Made by a program: the position numbers and the translations under genes. A stretch of DNA of 62,981 nt, filler included. It is 4 parts of 4 records of this genome, joined end to end, with 100 filler letters (N's around TTAATTAATTAA, not from the genome) between each part and the next. Parts side by side here need not be neighbours in the genome. Positions count along the whole stretch, not along the records: positions 41,240 to 53,682 come from SRR22947727_794; positions 53,783 to 62,981 come from SRR22947727_803; 2 more parts are not named here. One strand, given 5' to 3'. Positions within the stretch are counted from its first letter, which is position 1; every line of letters starts with the position of its first letter. Below are positions 53,185-62,981 of this stretch, piece after piece. The notes beneath the pieces were generated by a model that saw nothing but the letters and a program-made list of their open reading frames with translations, searched no databases and had not been told where the DNA came from.

Positions 53185-53682
53185 TTGAAACTGCATTTAC
53201 ATTCCAAAAAACGACAAAACCAGCGTGGCATTGCCCTGTTGCTTGTTCTTGCCGTGATTGCGATTCTCGGAATCATCATCGTTGGATTGTGGGAGGTTTC
53301 CGAATACTCACAGGACGATCGCTCCAAAGAAAAATTTAAATTTCAGGCCAAACAACTCGCCGAATCCGGCGGAGCCATTGCCATGCACCCCGATGTCCCT
53401 CCGGGTGATCCTGTTCTGCGAAAAGACTTCGGTGATGGGCGTTCTTACAGCGTCCGCATCACTACGGAAGGCGGCCGCATCCGAATCAATTCAATCCACG
53501 ATGAAATCATTCGTGCGACCGTCTTGGAGCTTTTTATCCGCTGGGGTGTCGATGCATCAGCTGCTGCCATTGCCACAGATTCGCTCGCAGATTGGATTGA
53601 TACCGACAGCGAACCGAGCCCAAATGGAGCGGAGAAGGTTTTCTACACCAGTCTCGAATACCCCCAATATCCACTGAATCGC
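53185..53682 (+). CDS. gspK: Pseudopilin GspK (3' truncated)
   Basis: QRGIALLLVL, EGGRIRIN, LADWIDTD. Confidence 0.82.
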
Positions 53683-53782
53683 NNNNNNNNNNNNNNNNNN
53701 NNNNNNNNNNNNNNNNNNNNNNNNNNTTAATTAATTAANNNNNNNNNNNNNNNNNNNNNNNNNNNNNNNNNNNNNNNNNNNN
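53683..53782. other. Artificial contig linker
   Basis: N-run with TTAATTAATTAA; GC drops afterwards. Confidence 0.98.
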
Positions 53783-54126
53783 TTTTCAACATGAACAATA
53801 TTATTATCATCAAAACATCTTAAAACATGAATAATGGCATCAGTTTCTCTAATATTTGCTAAAAACTGATTACCCAAACCCTCTCCTTTGCTTGCTCCTT
53901 TAACAAGTCCCGCTATATCTACAATTTCAACATTAGCAGGTATAACTTTTTCTGGGTTAACATAAGATTCGAGTTCTGTTAATCTTTTATCAGGAACATT
54001 AATAATCCCTATGTTTGGTTCAATTGTACAAAACGGAAAATTTGCGCTTTGAGCTTTGGTATTAGACAAACAGTTAAATAAAGTTGATTTTCCGACATTG
54101 GGCAGTCCTACAATTCCAGCTTTCAT
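53783..54126 (-). CDS. ychF: Redox-regulated ATPase YchF (3' truncated)
   Basis: [42 protein letters not shown]. Confidence 0.96.
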
Positions 54127-54129
54127 AAA

Positions 54130-54483
54130 TTAATTATCAGGATGCATGAATCTTTGTTTTGATAACAACTGTTCTTCAGTTTCCACATTTTGTTCGTCAG
54201 GAACGCAACAATCAACTGGACAAACAGCAGCACACTGTGGTTCTTCATGAAAACCTTTACATTCTGTACATTTATCTGGAGAAATAAAATAAAATTCATC
54301 AGAAATAGGCTCTTGTTCTAACTCAGCATTAACATTCTTTCCGTTTGGAAGTACAACATCCCCTCCTAAACTGGTGCCATCAGCATATTTCCATTCGTAT
54401 GCAGCTTCATAAATTGCTGTATTAGGACATTCTGGTTCACAAGCACCACAATTAATACATTCTTCAGTTATTATTATTGCCAT
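54130..54483 (-). CDS. 2[4Fe-4S] ferredoxin (YfhL-like)
   Basis: [12 protein letters not shown] and [12 protein letters not shown]. Confidence 0.92.
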   Translation of the reverse strand: MAIIITEECINCGACEPECPNTAIYEAAYEWKYADGTSLGGDVVLPNGKNVNAELEQEPISDEFYFISPDKCTECKGFHEEPQCAAVCPVDCCVPDEQNVETEEQLLSKQRFMHPDN

Positions 54484-54505
54484 TGTAAAATATTGAATCT
54501 TTACT

Positions 54506-54523
54506 TAGATTTGCGCAAAAATA
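54506..54523. promoter_or_regulatory. Bacteroidetes-type -7 promoter elements (TAnnTTTG) on both strands
   Basis: TAGATTTG (+, 54506-13) and TATTTTTG (-, 54516-23) in the divergent spacer. Confidence 0.55.
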
Positions 54524-54548
54524 ATACCAATTAAAATCACAAACAAGT

Positions 54549-55598
54549 TTGACACTAGATTTTAAAGAAAGAATAAAAGCTTTTTCTGAATTAGGAACTC
54601 TTTTTAAAGAGAATATTGACAAAAAAGAAAATAAAAAATTTCCTAAGTGGGATTCACTTTTGGAAGATACCCTTGTTGAATCAAAGACTTACAACTCTTG
54701 GTTTACTATTGATAATCTAAAACTTTCATTAAAAAATTGGTCCGATTCATTACAGGAAAATATTATTTCCGATTGGTTATTTAAATATAACATTGAAGAC
54801 AAATCATCTAAAAGAATTGCAATAATAATGGCTGGAAATATTCCTGCTGTTGGATTTCATGACTTATTATGTTCATTGTTACTTAATTTTGATTGTTTAG
54901 TTAAACTATCCTCTGATGATAAGTTTATAATTCCATTTATTGTCAAGTTTTTAGAATCAAGAAATAAAAAACTTAATAACAAAGTTGTGTTTGAAAGTGA
55001 AAAACTTAAAAATTTTGATGGTGTAATTGCAACTGGAAATAATAATTCTCACAGATATTTTGATTATTATTTTAGTAAATACCCAAATCTGCTAAGAAAA
55101 ACAAGACATTCCATTGCAGTATTAGATGGTAATGAATCTGACAATGACCTTGCTGGTTTATCAAATGATGTATTTAACTATTTTGGTTTAGGATGCAGAA
55201 GTGTATCTAAAGTGTTTTTACCAAGAGGTTATGACTTAGATATACTATTTAATGCGTTTTTTAGTTTTAAAGAAATTATAAATCATAATAAATACGTTAA
55301 TAATTTTGATTATAATAAAGCAGTTTATTTGATGAGTAAAGAAAAATTCATTGAAAATGGGTTTTTAATACTTAAAGAAGAAACAAAGCTTGGATCTCCA
55401 ATAGGTTGTTTGTTTTATGAGTTTTATGATGACAAAAAAGATATTATAAAACTAATGCAAAATAACTCTGATAATATCCAATGTGTGGCAAGTAATATGG
55501 ACCTTAAAACTAATATTCAATTTGGCCAAACACAGTGTCCCACAATTGGAGATTACGCAGACAATAATGATACTATTAAATTTTTGTTGAAAATATGA
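54549..55598 (+). CDS. Acyl-CoA reductase (LuxC family)
   Basis: NSWFT, IMAGNIP.VGFHD, IATG, YFGLGCRSVSK. Confidence 0.85.
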   Translation: MTLDFKERIKAFSELGTLFKENIDKKENKKFPKWDSLLEDTLVESKTYNSWFTIDNLKLSLKNWSDSLQENIISDWLFKYNIEDKSSKRIAIIMAGNIPAVGFHDLLCSLLLNFDCLVKLSSDDKFIIPFIVKFLESRNKKLNNKVVFESEKLKNFDGVIATGNNNSHRYFDYYFSKYPNLLRKTRHSIAVLDGNESDNDLAGLSNDVFNYFGLGCRSVSKVFLPRGYDLDILFNAFFSFKEIINHNKYVNNFDYNKAVYLMSKEKFIENGFLILKEETKLGSPIGCLFYEFYDDKKDIIKLMQNNSDNIQCVASNMDLKTNIQFGQTQCPTIGDYADNNDTIKFLLKI

Positions 55599-55666
55599 TG
55601 ATATCTTAATTTAGGTATCATGTTTGATATGATGTAATTGATTAATTTCGATATTTTTAAAAATAC

Positions 55667-56731
55667 ATGAAAAAACACAATTTTAGCGCAGGACCAAGTA
55701 TACTTCCAAGATCTGTTATTGAAGAAGCTTCAAATGGAATTTTGAATATTAACGACTCTAATCTTTCTCTTATAGAGATTTCACACCGAAGTAAAGATTT
55801 TGTTGAGATTATGGATAGAGCTACGTTCCTAGCCTTAGATCTTTTAAACCTTAACAACAAAGGCTATAAAGCTTTGTTTTTACAAGGAGGAGCTAGTTTG
55901 CAATTTTTGATGACTGCTTACAACTTACTTGAAAATAAAGCTGGATACATTAACACAGGAGCATGGTCTACTAAAGCGTTAAAGGAAGCTAAAAATTTTG
56001 GAGATGCAATTGAAGTTGCTACTTCAAAAGATGCAAATTTTAATTACATTCCTAAAAATTATTCTTTAGATTCAGATTTAGACTATTTACACATCACCAC
56101 TAATAACACAATTTTTGGGACTCAGTTTCATGAGCTCCCAAAAACTAATACAAATTTGATATGTGATATGTCATCTGATATTTTTTCCAGAAATATTGAT
56201 TTTTCCAAGTTCTCCTTAATATATGCTGGTGCTCAAAAAAATATGGGTCCTGCTGGAACAACTTTAGTTATAGTTAAAGAAGAAATACTTGGAAAGGTTT
56301 CAAGAACTATTCCTTCAATGTTGGATTATAAAGTACATATTGATAAAGATAGTATGTTCAATACTCCGCCTGTATTTGCAGTTTACACTTCAATGTTAAC
56401 TTTAGATTGGTTATCAAAAAACGGAGGTATTAAATCAATTGAAGATAAAAATATAGAGAAAGCAAATTTACTATATAACGCAATTGACTCAAGTGATCTT
56501 TTTAATGGGTTTGCTAACAAGGAAGATAGAAGTTTAATGAACGTAACATTTAACCTCAATGATCAAAACCATAAGGAACTTTTCGATAGTTTATGTTTAG
56601 AAGCTAATATAAACGGAGTCAACGGACACAGGTCCGTTGGTGGGTACAGAGCTTCGATTTATAATGCATTAGATATTAACTCAGTTAAAGTATTAATTGA
56701 GGCAATGAATCAACTTAACAAATTAGTTTAA
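55667..56731 (+). CDS. serC: Phosphoserine aminotransferase
   Basis: NFSAGP, EISHRS, YAGAQKNMGPAG, MFNTPP, GHRSVGGYRAS. Confidence 0.96.
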   Translation: MKKHNFSAGPSILPRSVIEEASNGILNINDSNLSLIEISHRSKDFVEIMDRATFLALDLLNLNNKGYKALFLQGGASLQFLMTAYNLLENKAGYINTGAWSTKALKEAKNFGDAIEVATSKDANFNYIPKNYSLDSDLDYLHITTNNTIFGTQFHELPKTNTNLICDMSSDIFSRNIDFSKFSLIYAGAQKNMGPAGTTLVIVKEEILGKVSRTIPSMLDYKVHIDKDSMFNTPPVFAVYTSMLTLDWLSKNGGIKSIEDKNIEKANLLYNAIDSSDLFNGFANKEDRSLMNVTFNLNDQNHKELFDSLCLEANINGVNGHRSVGGYRASIYNALDINSVKVLIEAMNQLNKLV

Positions 56732-56741
56732 AAAAAATTAA

Positions 56742-57695
56742 ATGATAAATATTTTAGCAAACGACGGTATTTCTAACAGCGGAGTTGAAGAATTAAAAAA
56801 ATCAGGTTTTAATATTATTACTACCAATGTTGCTCAAGAGCAGTTAGAGAATTACATTAACAAAGAAGATATTAGTGTAATATTAGTTAGAAGCGCCACG
56901 ACTGTGAGAAAAGAATTGATAGATAAATGTCCAGGTTTGAAAATTATTGGACGTGGTGGTGTTGGAATGGATAATATTGATGTTGAGTATGCTAGAAGTA
57001 AAAATATTAATGTAATAAATACTCCAGCTGCATCCTCCTCTTCTGTGGCTGAATTAGTATTTGCGCATTTATACAGTGGAGTTAGGTTTTTGCATGAATC
57101 TAATCGTTCAATGCCTTTGGATGGTGATTCTAATTTTAAAAAATTAAAAAAAGCATATGCTAAAGGAGTTGAATTGAGAGGAAAAACATTAGGAATTATT
57201 GGTTTTGGAAGAATTGGTAGGGAAACAGCAAAAATTGCTATTGGTGCTGGGATGAATATTCTAGCTTATGATAAATTTATTGAAGACACTACATTAAATT
57301 TAGAATTCATGGGTGGTAAAACTATTGATTTTGATATTAGAATATCAAAACTTGATAATCTTTTAGAAAACTCAGATTTCATCAGTTTACACGTTCCAGC
57401 TCAAAAGAATTATGTTATTGATAAACAACAATTTGAATTAATGAAAGATGGTGTAGGTTTAATAAATGCCGCTAGAGGCGGCGTTGTTAATGAAGTTGAA
57501 TTAGTCAATGCATTAGATTCAGGAAAAGTTTCGTTTGCAGGTTTAGATACATTTGAAAATGAACCAAAACCTGAAATTAAATTATTAATGCATCCAAGGA
57601 TTTCCTTAACTCCCCATATTGGAGCTGCTACTAATGAAGCACAAGACAGAATTGGTGAAGAACTTGCACAACAAATTGCTGATATTTTAAGGTAA
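56742..57695 (+). CDS. serA: D-3-phosphoglycerate dehydrogenase (short form, no ACT domain)
   Basis: VRSAT, GVGMDNID, GFGRIG, INAARGG, TPHIGA; downstream of serC. Confidence 0.82.
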   Translation: MINILANDGISNSGVEELKKSGFNIITTNVAQEQLENYINKEDISVILVRSATTVRKELIDKCPGLKIIGRGGVGMDNIDVEYARSKNINVINTPAASSSSVAELVFAHLYSGVRFLHESNRSMPLDGDSNFKKLKKAYAKGVELRGKTLGIIGFGRIGRETAKIAIGAGMNILAYDKFIEDTTLNLEFMGGKTIDFDIRISKLDNLLENSDFISLHVPAQKNYVIDKQQFELMKDGVGLINAARGGVVNEVELVNALDSGKVSFAGLDTFENEPKPEIKLLMHPRISLTPHIGAATNEAQDRIGEELAQQIADILR

Positions 57696-58049
57696 ATGTT
57701 ACAAAAATTAAAAAATAAGTGGGGCGTTGAAAACAATTTTCAAATTGTTATAATTTTTATTGTTTTCGCTGTTACTGGCTCTGTTGCTGCCAAAATTTCT
57801 GGTCCTATTACTGCTTATTTTGAACTGGATAATGTTCATTCTTTATTATACTGGCCAATAAGATTATTAATTGTATTCCCTGTATATCAATTAATGCTAG
57901 TGTTTTTTGGATTATTAGCAGGTGTGATTTTATATTATTTGCAATTTCAGAAGGATAAATTTTATTTTAATTTTTTTTTAAAAATGTCAATTATGTTTTC
58001 AAAAAAAATGATAAAATTTCTTTCATTTGGAACCTTATTTAAAAATTAA
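57696..58049 (+). CDS. Small membrane protein (DUF6787-like)
   Basis: LKNKWG...IFIVFAVTG...PVYQ pattern of flavobacterial membrane proteins. Confidence 0.65.
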   Translation: MLQKLKNKWGVENNFQIVIIFIVFAVTGSVAAKISGPITAYFELDNVHSLLYWPIRLLIVFPVYQLMLVFFGLLAGVILYYLQFQKDKFYFNFFLKMSIMFSKKMIKFLSFGTLFKN

Positions 58050-58582
58050 TTTTTCTTAATAAAAGAACTTTTAGAATCTAATAGTTTTTTAACTTTTGGA
58101 GCAATAACAAATGAACAATATGGAGCGTTACTGTTTAAATTAAAATAATCGTGATGGTAATTTTCTGCTAAATAAAAAATAGAATCATCTTCAATTGTTG
58201 TCACTATATTATTATCAAAAGTTCTCTTTAAGTTTATCTCTGAAATATAACTTTCTATTATTTGAATCTCGTTTTTATTTTCAGTAAATATTGAAGATCT
58301 GTATTGAGTTCCAACATCATTTCCTTGTCTATTTAAAGTAGTTGGATCATGAGTAGAAAAAAAAACAACCAATAAGTCTTTAAATGAAATTAAAGAAGAA
58401 TCATATTCTATTTTAATAACCTCTGCGTGTCCTGTTGTTCCAGTGCATATTTGCTCATAAGTTGGGTTAATAATATGTCCGCCAATATACCCCGGAGAAA
58501 TAGAGATAACACCATTAATTTTCTTAAAAATAGCTTCAGTACACCAAAAACAACCACCACCAAAAATCGAATATTTAATCAT
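58046..58582 (-). CDS. msrA: Peptide methionine-S-sulfoxide reductase
   Basis: FGGGCFWC, GHAEV, HDPT..NRQGNDVGTQYRS, AENYH. Confidence 0.96.
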   Translation of the reverse strand: MIKYSIFGGGCFWCTEAIFKKINGVISISPGYIGGHIINPTYEQICTGTTGHAEVIKIEYDSSLISFKDLLVVFFSTHDPTTLNRQGNDVGTQYRSSIFTENKNEIQIIESYISEINLKRTFDNNIVTTIEDDSIFYLAENYHHDYFNLNSNAPYCSFVIAPKVKKLLDSKSSFIKKN

Positions 58583-58600
58583 GTTTTTATATTATTTATA

Positions 58601-58624
58601 TAAACTAAATTTAGTTTAAATTTG
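58601..58624. promoter_or_regulatory. 18-bp perfect palindrome overlapping a TAAATTTG -7 element
   Basis: TAAACTAAATTTAGTTTA (58601-18); TAAATTTG at 58617-24. Confidence 0.5.
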
Positions 58625-58655
58625 TTTCGATTAAAATTATATTCAATAATAATTA

Positions 58656-61112
58656 ATGAAAAAATTAATTGTTTTATTTTTTCTATTGATATTAACCTTT
58701 AGTTATTCTCAAATAAGAAAAGAAATTGAAATTAAGAGATTTCAAGCACCTCCTTTGATTGATGGAATCATTGATGAGGATCAATGGAAGAATTTAAAAC
58801 CAGCTACAGGATTTGAAAGGTGGATGCCTAATAATGGTCAAAAGGAAAGAAAAGGCTATGAATCTTTTATTTATTTAGGTTATGATGATAGTGGCATTTA
58901 TGTTGCTGGAAAATTTAATGATCCTAATCCAAATCTAATTCCAAGAGAATTCAGTCAAAGAGATAATATTTGGGAAGTTAATGCTGAATCCTTTTGGTTA
59001 AGTATTAATACAAATGATGACAATTTAAATGATCAAGGTTTTCAGGTAACTAGTGCTGGGACTTTGGGCGATACTTATACTTCTGGTGAATTCAATCCTG
59101 ATGATTTTAATTTTGATACGGTTTTTGAAGCTAAAGTTTCAATTGATGATAAGGGCTGGAACATGGAAATGAAAATTCCTTACAGTGCACTTAGATTCCC
59201 ATCAACTGATGTTCAGTCCTGGGGAATACAATTTTCAAGAAGAATAATAGAGTTTGGTGAGTTTTATACATGGAATTTTATTGACAACAAAACATCTACA
59301 TTTCGAGAGTCATTGGGATTATTAAAAGGTTTAAAAAATATTTCTCCTCCTACTCGACTATTCTTTTACCCTTATTTACAATCTTCAGTGGATTTAAATA
59401 AAGATAATAGACCTTTAAGTGGATATTCTGCAGGAATGGATTTAAAATATGGTATTAGTAATAATTTTACATTAGACGCTACATTAATTCCCGATTTTGG
59501 TCAAGTTGCTTTTGATGAAAAAGAATTAAACCTTAGTCCTTTCGAACAAAAATTTGATGAAAACAGAGCGTTTTTTACCGAAGGATCTCAGTTATTCAAA
59601 AAAGCAGACAGTCAGGGTTACAGGGGAGGTAATTTTTTCTACAGCAGAAGGATTGGTGATGACATTTACTTAGACACAGATGAGGTGATTGAAGATGATG
59701 AAGAACTAATTAGTTATGACACTAAAGCTAAACTGATAAACTCAATAAAATTAACAGGAACTACTAATTCAGGTCTTAGCATTGGAATAATTAATTCAAT
59801 TACAAAAAAAGCATATGCTAATATTAGAGATTTAAACACTAATGAAATTAAAAACAAATTAATAGCTCCACAAACAAACTATAACGTAATTTCTCTTAGC
59901 CAAAAAGCTTTAAATCAATATTCTACATTTTCTTTCATAAATACTAATGTGAACAGAGGAAGTAATTTTAATAATTCTAACAATAGCGCATTAGTTATAG
60001 ATTTATTTGATAATAAAAGAAAGTTTAATTTTAATGCTAGTGTATTTCAAAGTGACTCTAAAGTGTTTTCTGAAATTAAGGGTTTCAGAGGTGGTTTAAG
60101 CTTGAGTGAATTAACAGGTAATCTTAGATTTGCTTTAGGTTGGAATGGTGTAGATTCAAATTACTATCAAAATGACCTTGGCTATTATAATTTGAGGAAT
60201 GATCAGAGAATTTGGTCACGTATTAAATACATGACATTTGAACCAACAAAACTTTATGAAAAACTAGAAGCATATTTATGGATGAGTGAAAGAGGTAGAT
60301 TTTTCCCAAAAGTTTTAAAATCAAGAGGAGCAAGATTCGGAATAGAACTAGTTTCTCTCAAATTAGAAGAAATTAAAGCAAGTTTTGATTATACTTCTAA
60401 GTTTAAAGATTTTGAAGAGACTAGAAAAGAAGATGTATTTATTTATCAACCTGCTGTTTATGAGCTAGAATTTAATTACAGATCTGATACTAGAAAAAAA
60501 CTAGTTTATGGATCAGGTATTGAACATTCTTTTGGGATAAATGAGCAATTTAGTGAGAACTATACTGAGTCTGAAATTCAATTTTATTCAGGATATAGAA
60601 TTTCTAACAAATTTAAAATTGAATTAGGTATTTCAAATGGAATAAGTAAAAATGAAATTGGATATGTTTTTGATGAAGATGACGATTTATATTTTGGTAA
60701 TCGAAAAGTGAAATTTACTGAAAATAATATTTCATTAAACTACAACTTCAATTCTTATAAATCACTAAGTTTAAAATTTAGACAATTTTGGAGTTCAGCA
60801 CTTTACAAGGATGACTTCTTTAAACTAAAATCAGATGGGAATAGATCTGTTTCAGATAAAAACATTTCTGACTATGATCCTAATACAAATTTTAATCTAT
60901 GGAATCTCGATTTAAGTTATGACTGGGAATTTGCACCTGGAAGTAAAATAACATTTCTTTACAGAAATAATATTTTTAATGAAGATAATTTATCAGGTAT
61001 TTCTTACTACAAGAGCACAAAAGAATTATTTGAAAAACCAATAAATCATCAACTTTCGTTAAGAATAAATTACTTTATTGATTTTAATCTATTAAAAAAG
61101 AAAAAGGTTTAA
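58656..61112 (+). CDS. CBM9-like/DUF5916 exported (probable outer-membrane) protein
   Basis: Signal peptide, PLIDG.IDE..W, EMKIPYSALRF, LDATLIPDFGQV, ENRAFF.EG, FYSRRIG. Confidence 0.75.
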   Translation: MKKLIVLFFLLILTFSYSQIRKEIEIKRFQAPPLIDGIIDEDQWKNLKPATGFERWMPNNGQKERKGYESFIYLGYDDSGIYVAGKFNDPNPNLIPREFSQRDNIWEVNAESFWLSINTNDDNLNDQGFQVTSAGTLGDTYTSGEFNPDDFNFDTVFEAKVSIDDKGWNMEMKIPYSALRFPSTDVQSWGIQFSRRIIEFGEFYTWNFIDNKTSTFRESLGLLKGLKNISPPTRLFFYPYLQSSVDLNKDNRPLSGYSAGMDLKYGISNNFTLDATLIPDFGQVAFDEKELNLSPFEQKFDENRAFFTEGSQLFKKADSQGYRGGNFFYSRRIGDDIYLDTDEVIEDDEELISYDTKAKLINSIKLTGTTNSGLSIGIINSITKKAYANIRDLNTNEIKNKLIAPQTNYNVISLSQKALNQYSTFSFINTNVNRGSNFNNSNNSALVIDLFDNKRKFNFNASVFQSDSKVFSEIKGFRGGLSLSELTGNLRFALGWNGVDSNYYQNDLGYYNLRNDQRIWSRIKYMTFEPTKLYEKLEAYLWMSERGRFFPKVLKSRGARFGIELVSLKLEEIKASFDYTSKFKDFEETRKEDVFIYQPAVYELEFNYRSDTRKKLVYGSGIEHSFGINEQFSENYTESEIQFYSGYRISNKFKIELGISNGISKNEIGYVFDEDDDLYFGNRKVKFTENNISLNYNFNSYKSLSLKFRQFWSSALYKDDFFKLKSDGNRSVSDKNISDYDPNTNFNLWNLDLSYDWEFAPGSKITFLYRNNIFNEDNLSGISYYKSTKELFEKPINHQLSLRINYFIDFNLLKKKKV

Positions 61113-61113
61113 A

Positions 61114-61773
61114 ATGATTTTAGTTAAAAACATATCCAAAACTTACAATAACAAAAAAGTTGTAAATGAAATTGATCTTATTGTAAATAAAGGAGAAATT
61201 ATTTCAATAATAGGTCCATCGGGAGCTGGAAAAACTACTCTTCTAAATCTTATAAGCACGCTAGATTCACCAGATAAAAATAATGATTCAATTATTAAAA
61301 TTAATAATATTGATGTATTGAATTTAAATGATAAAAATCTTTCTAAGTTCAGAAATACTCAAATTGGATTTATATTTCAATTTCATGAACTTCTTCCTGA
61401 ATTTACTGCTATAGAAAATGTAATTATACCAGCAATTATTAAAGGAGAAAAGAAAAGTATTTCAATAAAAAAAGCGAAAGATCTATTAGAAACATTAGGT
61501 CTTTCAAATGTAATTAATCAATTTCCTTCTCAACTTTCAGGAGGAGAACAACAAAGAGTTGCTGTCGCCAGAGCATTAATTAACGATCCTAAAGTTATTT
61601 TTGCAGATGAGCCAAGTGGGAACTTAGATTCTAAATCGTCAGATTTATTACACAAACTTTTCTTTGACTTAAGAAAAAAACTAAACATTACATTTATAAT
61701 TGTTACTCACAACAAAGAATTGTCAAATATGACAGATAGAAAACTTAATCTTGTAGATGGTAAATGGGCTTAG
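61114..61773 (+). CDS. LolD-like ABC transporter ATP-binding protein
   Basis: GPSGAGKT, GFIFQFH.LLPEF, LSGGEQQRVA, ADEPSGNLD. Confidence 0.9.
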   Translation: MILVKNISKTYNNKKVVNEIDLIVNKGEIISIIGPSGAGKTTLLNLISTLDSPDKNNDSIIKINNIDVLNLNDKNLSKFRNTQIGFIFQFHELLPEFTAIENVIIPAIIKGEKKSISIKKAKDLLETLGLSNVINQFPSQLSGGEQQRVAVARALINDPKVIFADEPSGNLDSKSSDLLHKLFFDLRKKLNITFIIVTHNKELSNMTDRKLNLVDGKWA

Positions 61774-62530
61774 CGATAACGAATTAAAAGAGTTCTTAGA
61801 CTCTAAATACTTACAGTACAATCAGAAAAAATTTATTGAATCAGATCCTATTCAAGTTCCTCACAATTTTACATTTAAGAAAGATATCGAAATATCCTCT
61901 TTTTTAACTGCAACAATTGCTTGGGGACAGAGAAAAACTATTATTAAAAATTCATTTAAAATGATGAGTTTATTAGATAATTCTCCTTACGATTACATCA
62001 TTAATTCTTCTGAAAAAGAAATTGATAAACTAAATATAAAGCACAGAACTTTTAATGAGATTGATTTCAGATATTTCATAAAAAGACTAAAATATATTTA
62101 TAAAGAATATGGAAATTTAGAAAATATATTTTTTGAAAACGTAAAGAACAATACCTTGCATAATTCAATACACAATTTTAAATCACTTTTTTTTAAAAAT
62201 AATTTCCCATTAAGAACAACTAAACATATAAGCGACCCATATAAAGGTTCAGCATGTAAAAGAATTAATATGTTTTTAAGATGGATGGTCAGAAAAGATT
62301 CCAACGGAGTTGATTTTGGAATATGGAATAAAATATCTCCTTCATATTTGTCCTGTCCCCTTGATGTTCACAGCGGAAGAGTAGCTAGAAAATTAGGCAT
62401 ATTAAATAGAACTCAAAACGATCATAAGGCTGTTCTAGAACTTGATAAAAAACTAAGAATTCTAGATTCAAATGACCCTGTTAAATATGATTTTTCTTTG
62501 TTTGGTTTGGGTGTGTTTGAAGGATTTTAG
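61757..62530 (+). CDS. TIGR02757 (DUF2400) family protein
   Basis: FIESDPIQVPH, IAWGQR, SACKRINMFLRWMVR, PLDVH, DPVKYDF. Confidence 0.88.
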   Translation: MVNGLSDNELKEFLDSKYLQYNQKKFIESDPIQVPHNFTFKKDIEISSFLTATIAWGQRKTIIKNSFKMMSLLDNSPYDYIINSSEKEIDKLNIKHRTFNEIDFRYFIKRLKYIYKEYGNLENIFFENVKNNTLHNSIHNFKSLFFKNNFPLRTTKHISDPYKGSACKRINMFLRWMVRKDSNGVDFGIWNKISPSYLSCPLDVHSGRVARKLGILNRTQNDHKAVLELDKKLRILDSNDPVKYDFSLFGLGVFEGF

Positions 62531-62614
62531 TTATTAATAATCAATAAATTCAAATCAATTCTTATATTTGCCCAGCATTTATTTAAAAAATGTACCAAAG
62601 AGTAACTTGATTGC

Positions 62615-62981
62615 ATGAACATAATTCTTAAATCTGCAAAAGTTATAAATGTCGAAAGTAAACACAACGGCAGTAAGCAAGATATTTTAATTTCCGAAGG
62701 TAAAATAAAGAAAATTGGTAGTTTGATTACTGATAATAATGCCAAAATTATAAATATTAAAAATCTACATGTTTCCACAGGTTGGTTTGACAGTAGTGTT
62801 TCGTTTGGAGAGCCTGGTTATGAGGAAAGAGAAACTCTTTTAAATGGTGCTGATGTTGCTTCAAAAAGTGGGTTTACAGATCTTATTCTAAATTCTTGTA
62901 CAAAACCTGTTCTTGATAATCAAACTGATATTTCATTTATTAAATCAAAATCATCAAATTCCTCTTGTAATATTCATCCCT
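62615..62981 (+). CDS. pyrC: Dihydroorotase family protein (5' part; runs off window; absent from ORF track)
   Basis: Manual translation MNIILKSAKVIN...HVSTGWFDSSVSFGEPGYEERETL...SGFT; TATATTTG -7 element at 62563-70. Confidence 0.8.
   Translation, partial: MNIILKSAKVINVESKHNGSKQDILISEGKIKKIGSLITDNNAKIINIKNLHVSTGWFDSSVSFGEPGYEERETLLNGADVASKSGFTDLILNSCTKPVLDNQTDISFIKSKSSNSSCNIHP

Noticed and set aside
52796-53188. Pro-rich and Arg-rich alternative-frame ORFs
   Set aside because: By-products of the GC-rich Gly-codon tail of gspJ
41324-53682. Many short overlapping ORFs in the higher-GC contig
   Set aside because: All lie within or antisense to well-supported genes and show no recognisable motifs
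54549-55598. Bioluminescence (lux) locus
   Set aside because: Only a LuxC-family gene; no luxA/B/D/E adjacent
62527-62778. 83-aa minus-strand ORF
   Set aside because: Antisense to the recognisable dihydroorotase N-terminus

Overview
The window is not one locus. It is four unrelated contigs joined by identical 100-bp N linkers carrying TTAATTAATTAA (28077-28176, 41140-41239, 53683-53782). (1) 1-28076: an AT-rich, tightly packed alphaproteobacterial core region (gatCAB, ruvX, pyrB, plsY, topA, pepC-like peptidase, msrB, trkA, ntrYX, ispDF, lipA, pdhABC, eno, kdsA, pyrG). (2) 28177-41139: an AT-rich betaproteobacterial (Methylophilales/OM43-like) region with Moco genes divergent from an NAD-linked formate dehydrogenase fdsGBACD operon, plus rpmE and rho. 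(3) 41240-53682: a higher-GC, Verrucomicrobia/PVC-like region with two sulfatases, a DUF1028-acyltransferase-permease operon and type II secretion gspFGHIJK. (4) 53783-62981: a flavobacterial core region (ychF, ferredoxin, acyl-CoA reductase, serC/serA, msrA, TIGR02757, partial pyrC). Taxonomic labels are inferred from gene content and composition. The most unusual signal is a PyrB fused to a ~70-aa N-terminal segment resembling a phage-integrase arm-type DNA-binding domain. It is preceded by three 10-bp-period TTTACACA-like direct repeats, and a related TTTACAAA tandem array abuts the pdhA start. No CRISPR array, tRNA, rRNA or intact mobile element was seen.
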